The notes beneath the pieces were generated by a model. It saw only the letters and a list, made by a program, of their open reading frames with translations, was not told the DNA's origin and searched no databases. A stretch of DNA of 63,881 bases, counting the filler, from Octopus bimaculoides (taxonomy: Eukaryota): assembly GCF_001194135.2 (NCBI RefSeq). It is 6 parts of 6 records of this genome, joined end to end, with 100 filler letters (N's around TTAATTAATTAA, not from the genome) between each part and the next. Parts side by side here need not be neighbours in the genome. Positions count along the whole stretch, not along the records: positions 59,906 to 63,881 come from NC_068992.1; 5 more parts are not named here. One strand, written 5' to 3'. Positions 62,386-63,881 of the stretch are shown here, in pieces. How positions within the stretch are numbered: position 1 is the stretch's first letter; the number at the start of each line of letters is the position of its first letter. A program made the translations under genes and the position numbers.

Positions 62386-63601
62386 ATTACCATTGAGAGA
62401 GTAGCATATCCCTGTGTTCTGAGTTCCAATGCTATCAGCAAAAATTTGAAATTAAATCGTTTGGGGACTGATATAATCTTTTATCTCTACGGCCATCAAA
62501 TGTCGACAAACGATCGTTATTGCTTTTTCCTTCTTTTGACAAGCACTGTGTACAAAATGAAGAATTTTATTGGAAGGTGACAAGATGGTTTCCTGATATA
62601 TCCCTTCTGATATTTTCTATTTTATGACGCACCTCCTTGTTTCGTAGATATAGATAAATTCACCACGTGTTTGGGCCTACAAAATGTAATGTAGCAGAAT
62701 AAATACCGCAAGGTATTTAGTTAATTGTAATCACTGGCAACGGTTCGATGGCACATTTTTTTTTTATCAACACCAAAAGAAGTTGACTTCAACGGATTTT
62801 GAAATAGTTATTTCTAATCTAGGAACAAGTCCAATAATTCTGAGAGGAGTGATAAGTCAATTACATCGTCGCCATTACTTCATTGCTACATTATATAGTT
62901 TACTTTATCGAACCCTGAGTAATGAACGGTAAAAGCTTGACGAAATTGCTATTATTATCGTTATTATTTGTTTGGATTTTGTACAAGCTGACGTTAAATC
63001 TCACCCAAATACCTCAAGAGGCAACAAGTAAAAAGTTCAGGTTGGTGTTATGACTAAGCTGCCATAGTTTTCGTTTTGCACAGAGTATCGTTCTATAGAA
63101 TGTCTGTGAAGACATAACAAAATTAGAAGCTTGTTTTAAAAGTAATTTGATGATAAGATGATAGTGTAATGTTAAGATGACAGTAAAAGCGTTTGCTGTT
63201 ATGTACATTTAAAAGCATTTTGATACTGTTTACAGATTAAAATGTTTTTAGGATTACATAGATAATATATTTTCTTAGGATATGAGCAGTTCCCATGGGC
63301 ACTATCTTTTGAATTTCTTCCATTTTAAAATTTCCTGATATCTGAGATAGAGAACAACCAGCCCCTTTTGTTATCATTCTAGAACACCTATGACAATAGG
63401 TATTGTTTTAGTTCTTCAGGTTGCATATTTTGTCAGTTACTATTTCAAGATCTATATATTTGCTCAGTATTTGGTACGTCTTGACACATACGTTTTTATC
63501 GATTGGGACAGTCATATCGATGAGGAGGCATGATTTTTGTCCGAAATCCTCTAATATAATGTCTGGCCTATTTGCATCTATCTTCCAGTCAGTTTGAACA
63601 G

Positions 63602-63881
63602 TATTATTATTATTATTGTTCAGTAGTTTTATTTTTATAACGTGCTTTCACTTCACTACCGAGCGCAGCTCTGTGCGCCTTGGGTATGTGCTGTGGTTTG
63701 CTGTGGTGCTTTTATGTTTACTGTATTGAAAGTGTTTTGCGTAGAATGTGTGCAGTACCCAGTAGTGCAATTTTCTGTATGTTACATATATTTGTAAGTC
63801 CTGGTATTTTTGTTATGTATTTGTCTGAGTATTTTTTTATTATACCTAAGGCACCTACTATGATAGGAATTGTTTCTGTTT
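63602..63881 (-). mobile_element. 3' end of an R4/Dong-clade non-LTR retrotransposon
   Basis: Minus strand TETIPIIVGALGIIKKYSDKYITKIPGLTNICNIQKIALLGTAHILRKTLSIQ* (stop 63718-63720) matches the R4/Dong C-terminus (IPVV.GALG...QK.ALLGTAHILRKVL); 3' UTR ends in (TAA)n at 63602-63617. Confidence 0.8.

Overview
AT-rich, microsatellite-dense, gapped eukaryotic genomic DNA. The repeat families look like those of an octopus (coleoid cephalopod); this is an inference and cannot be verified here. The only host gene I can firmly identify is a single 116-nt internal exon of a RAD6/UBE2A-family ubiquitin-conjugating enzyme (51977-52092, +). There is also one unassigned candidate first coding exon (24248-24445, +). 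Almost everything else is decayed mobile DNA: several Tc1/mariner elements and MITEs, a hAT transposase remnant, piggyBac-like MITEs, non-LTR fragments of the HERO, R4/Dong, CR1 and (probably) L1/Tx1 clades, two RTE lineages, and many tRNA-derived SINEs. The most notable observation is a TSD-bounded, tRNA-headed short element carrying a Penelope-type minimal hammerhead ribozyme motif with an inverted terminal copy (19974-20356). Other points of interest are an RTE reverse transcriptase with an embedded PHD-like C4HC3 finger, an RTE with three C-terminal C2H2 fingers, a mariner derivative built from two inverted 5' halves, and two long hairpins sharing a loop motif. CpG density switches sharply at artificial 100-bp scaffold joins (44N-TTAATTAATTAA-44N). 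No CRISPR array, rRNA gene or convincing tRNA gene was found.
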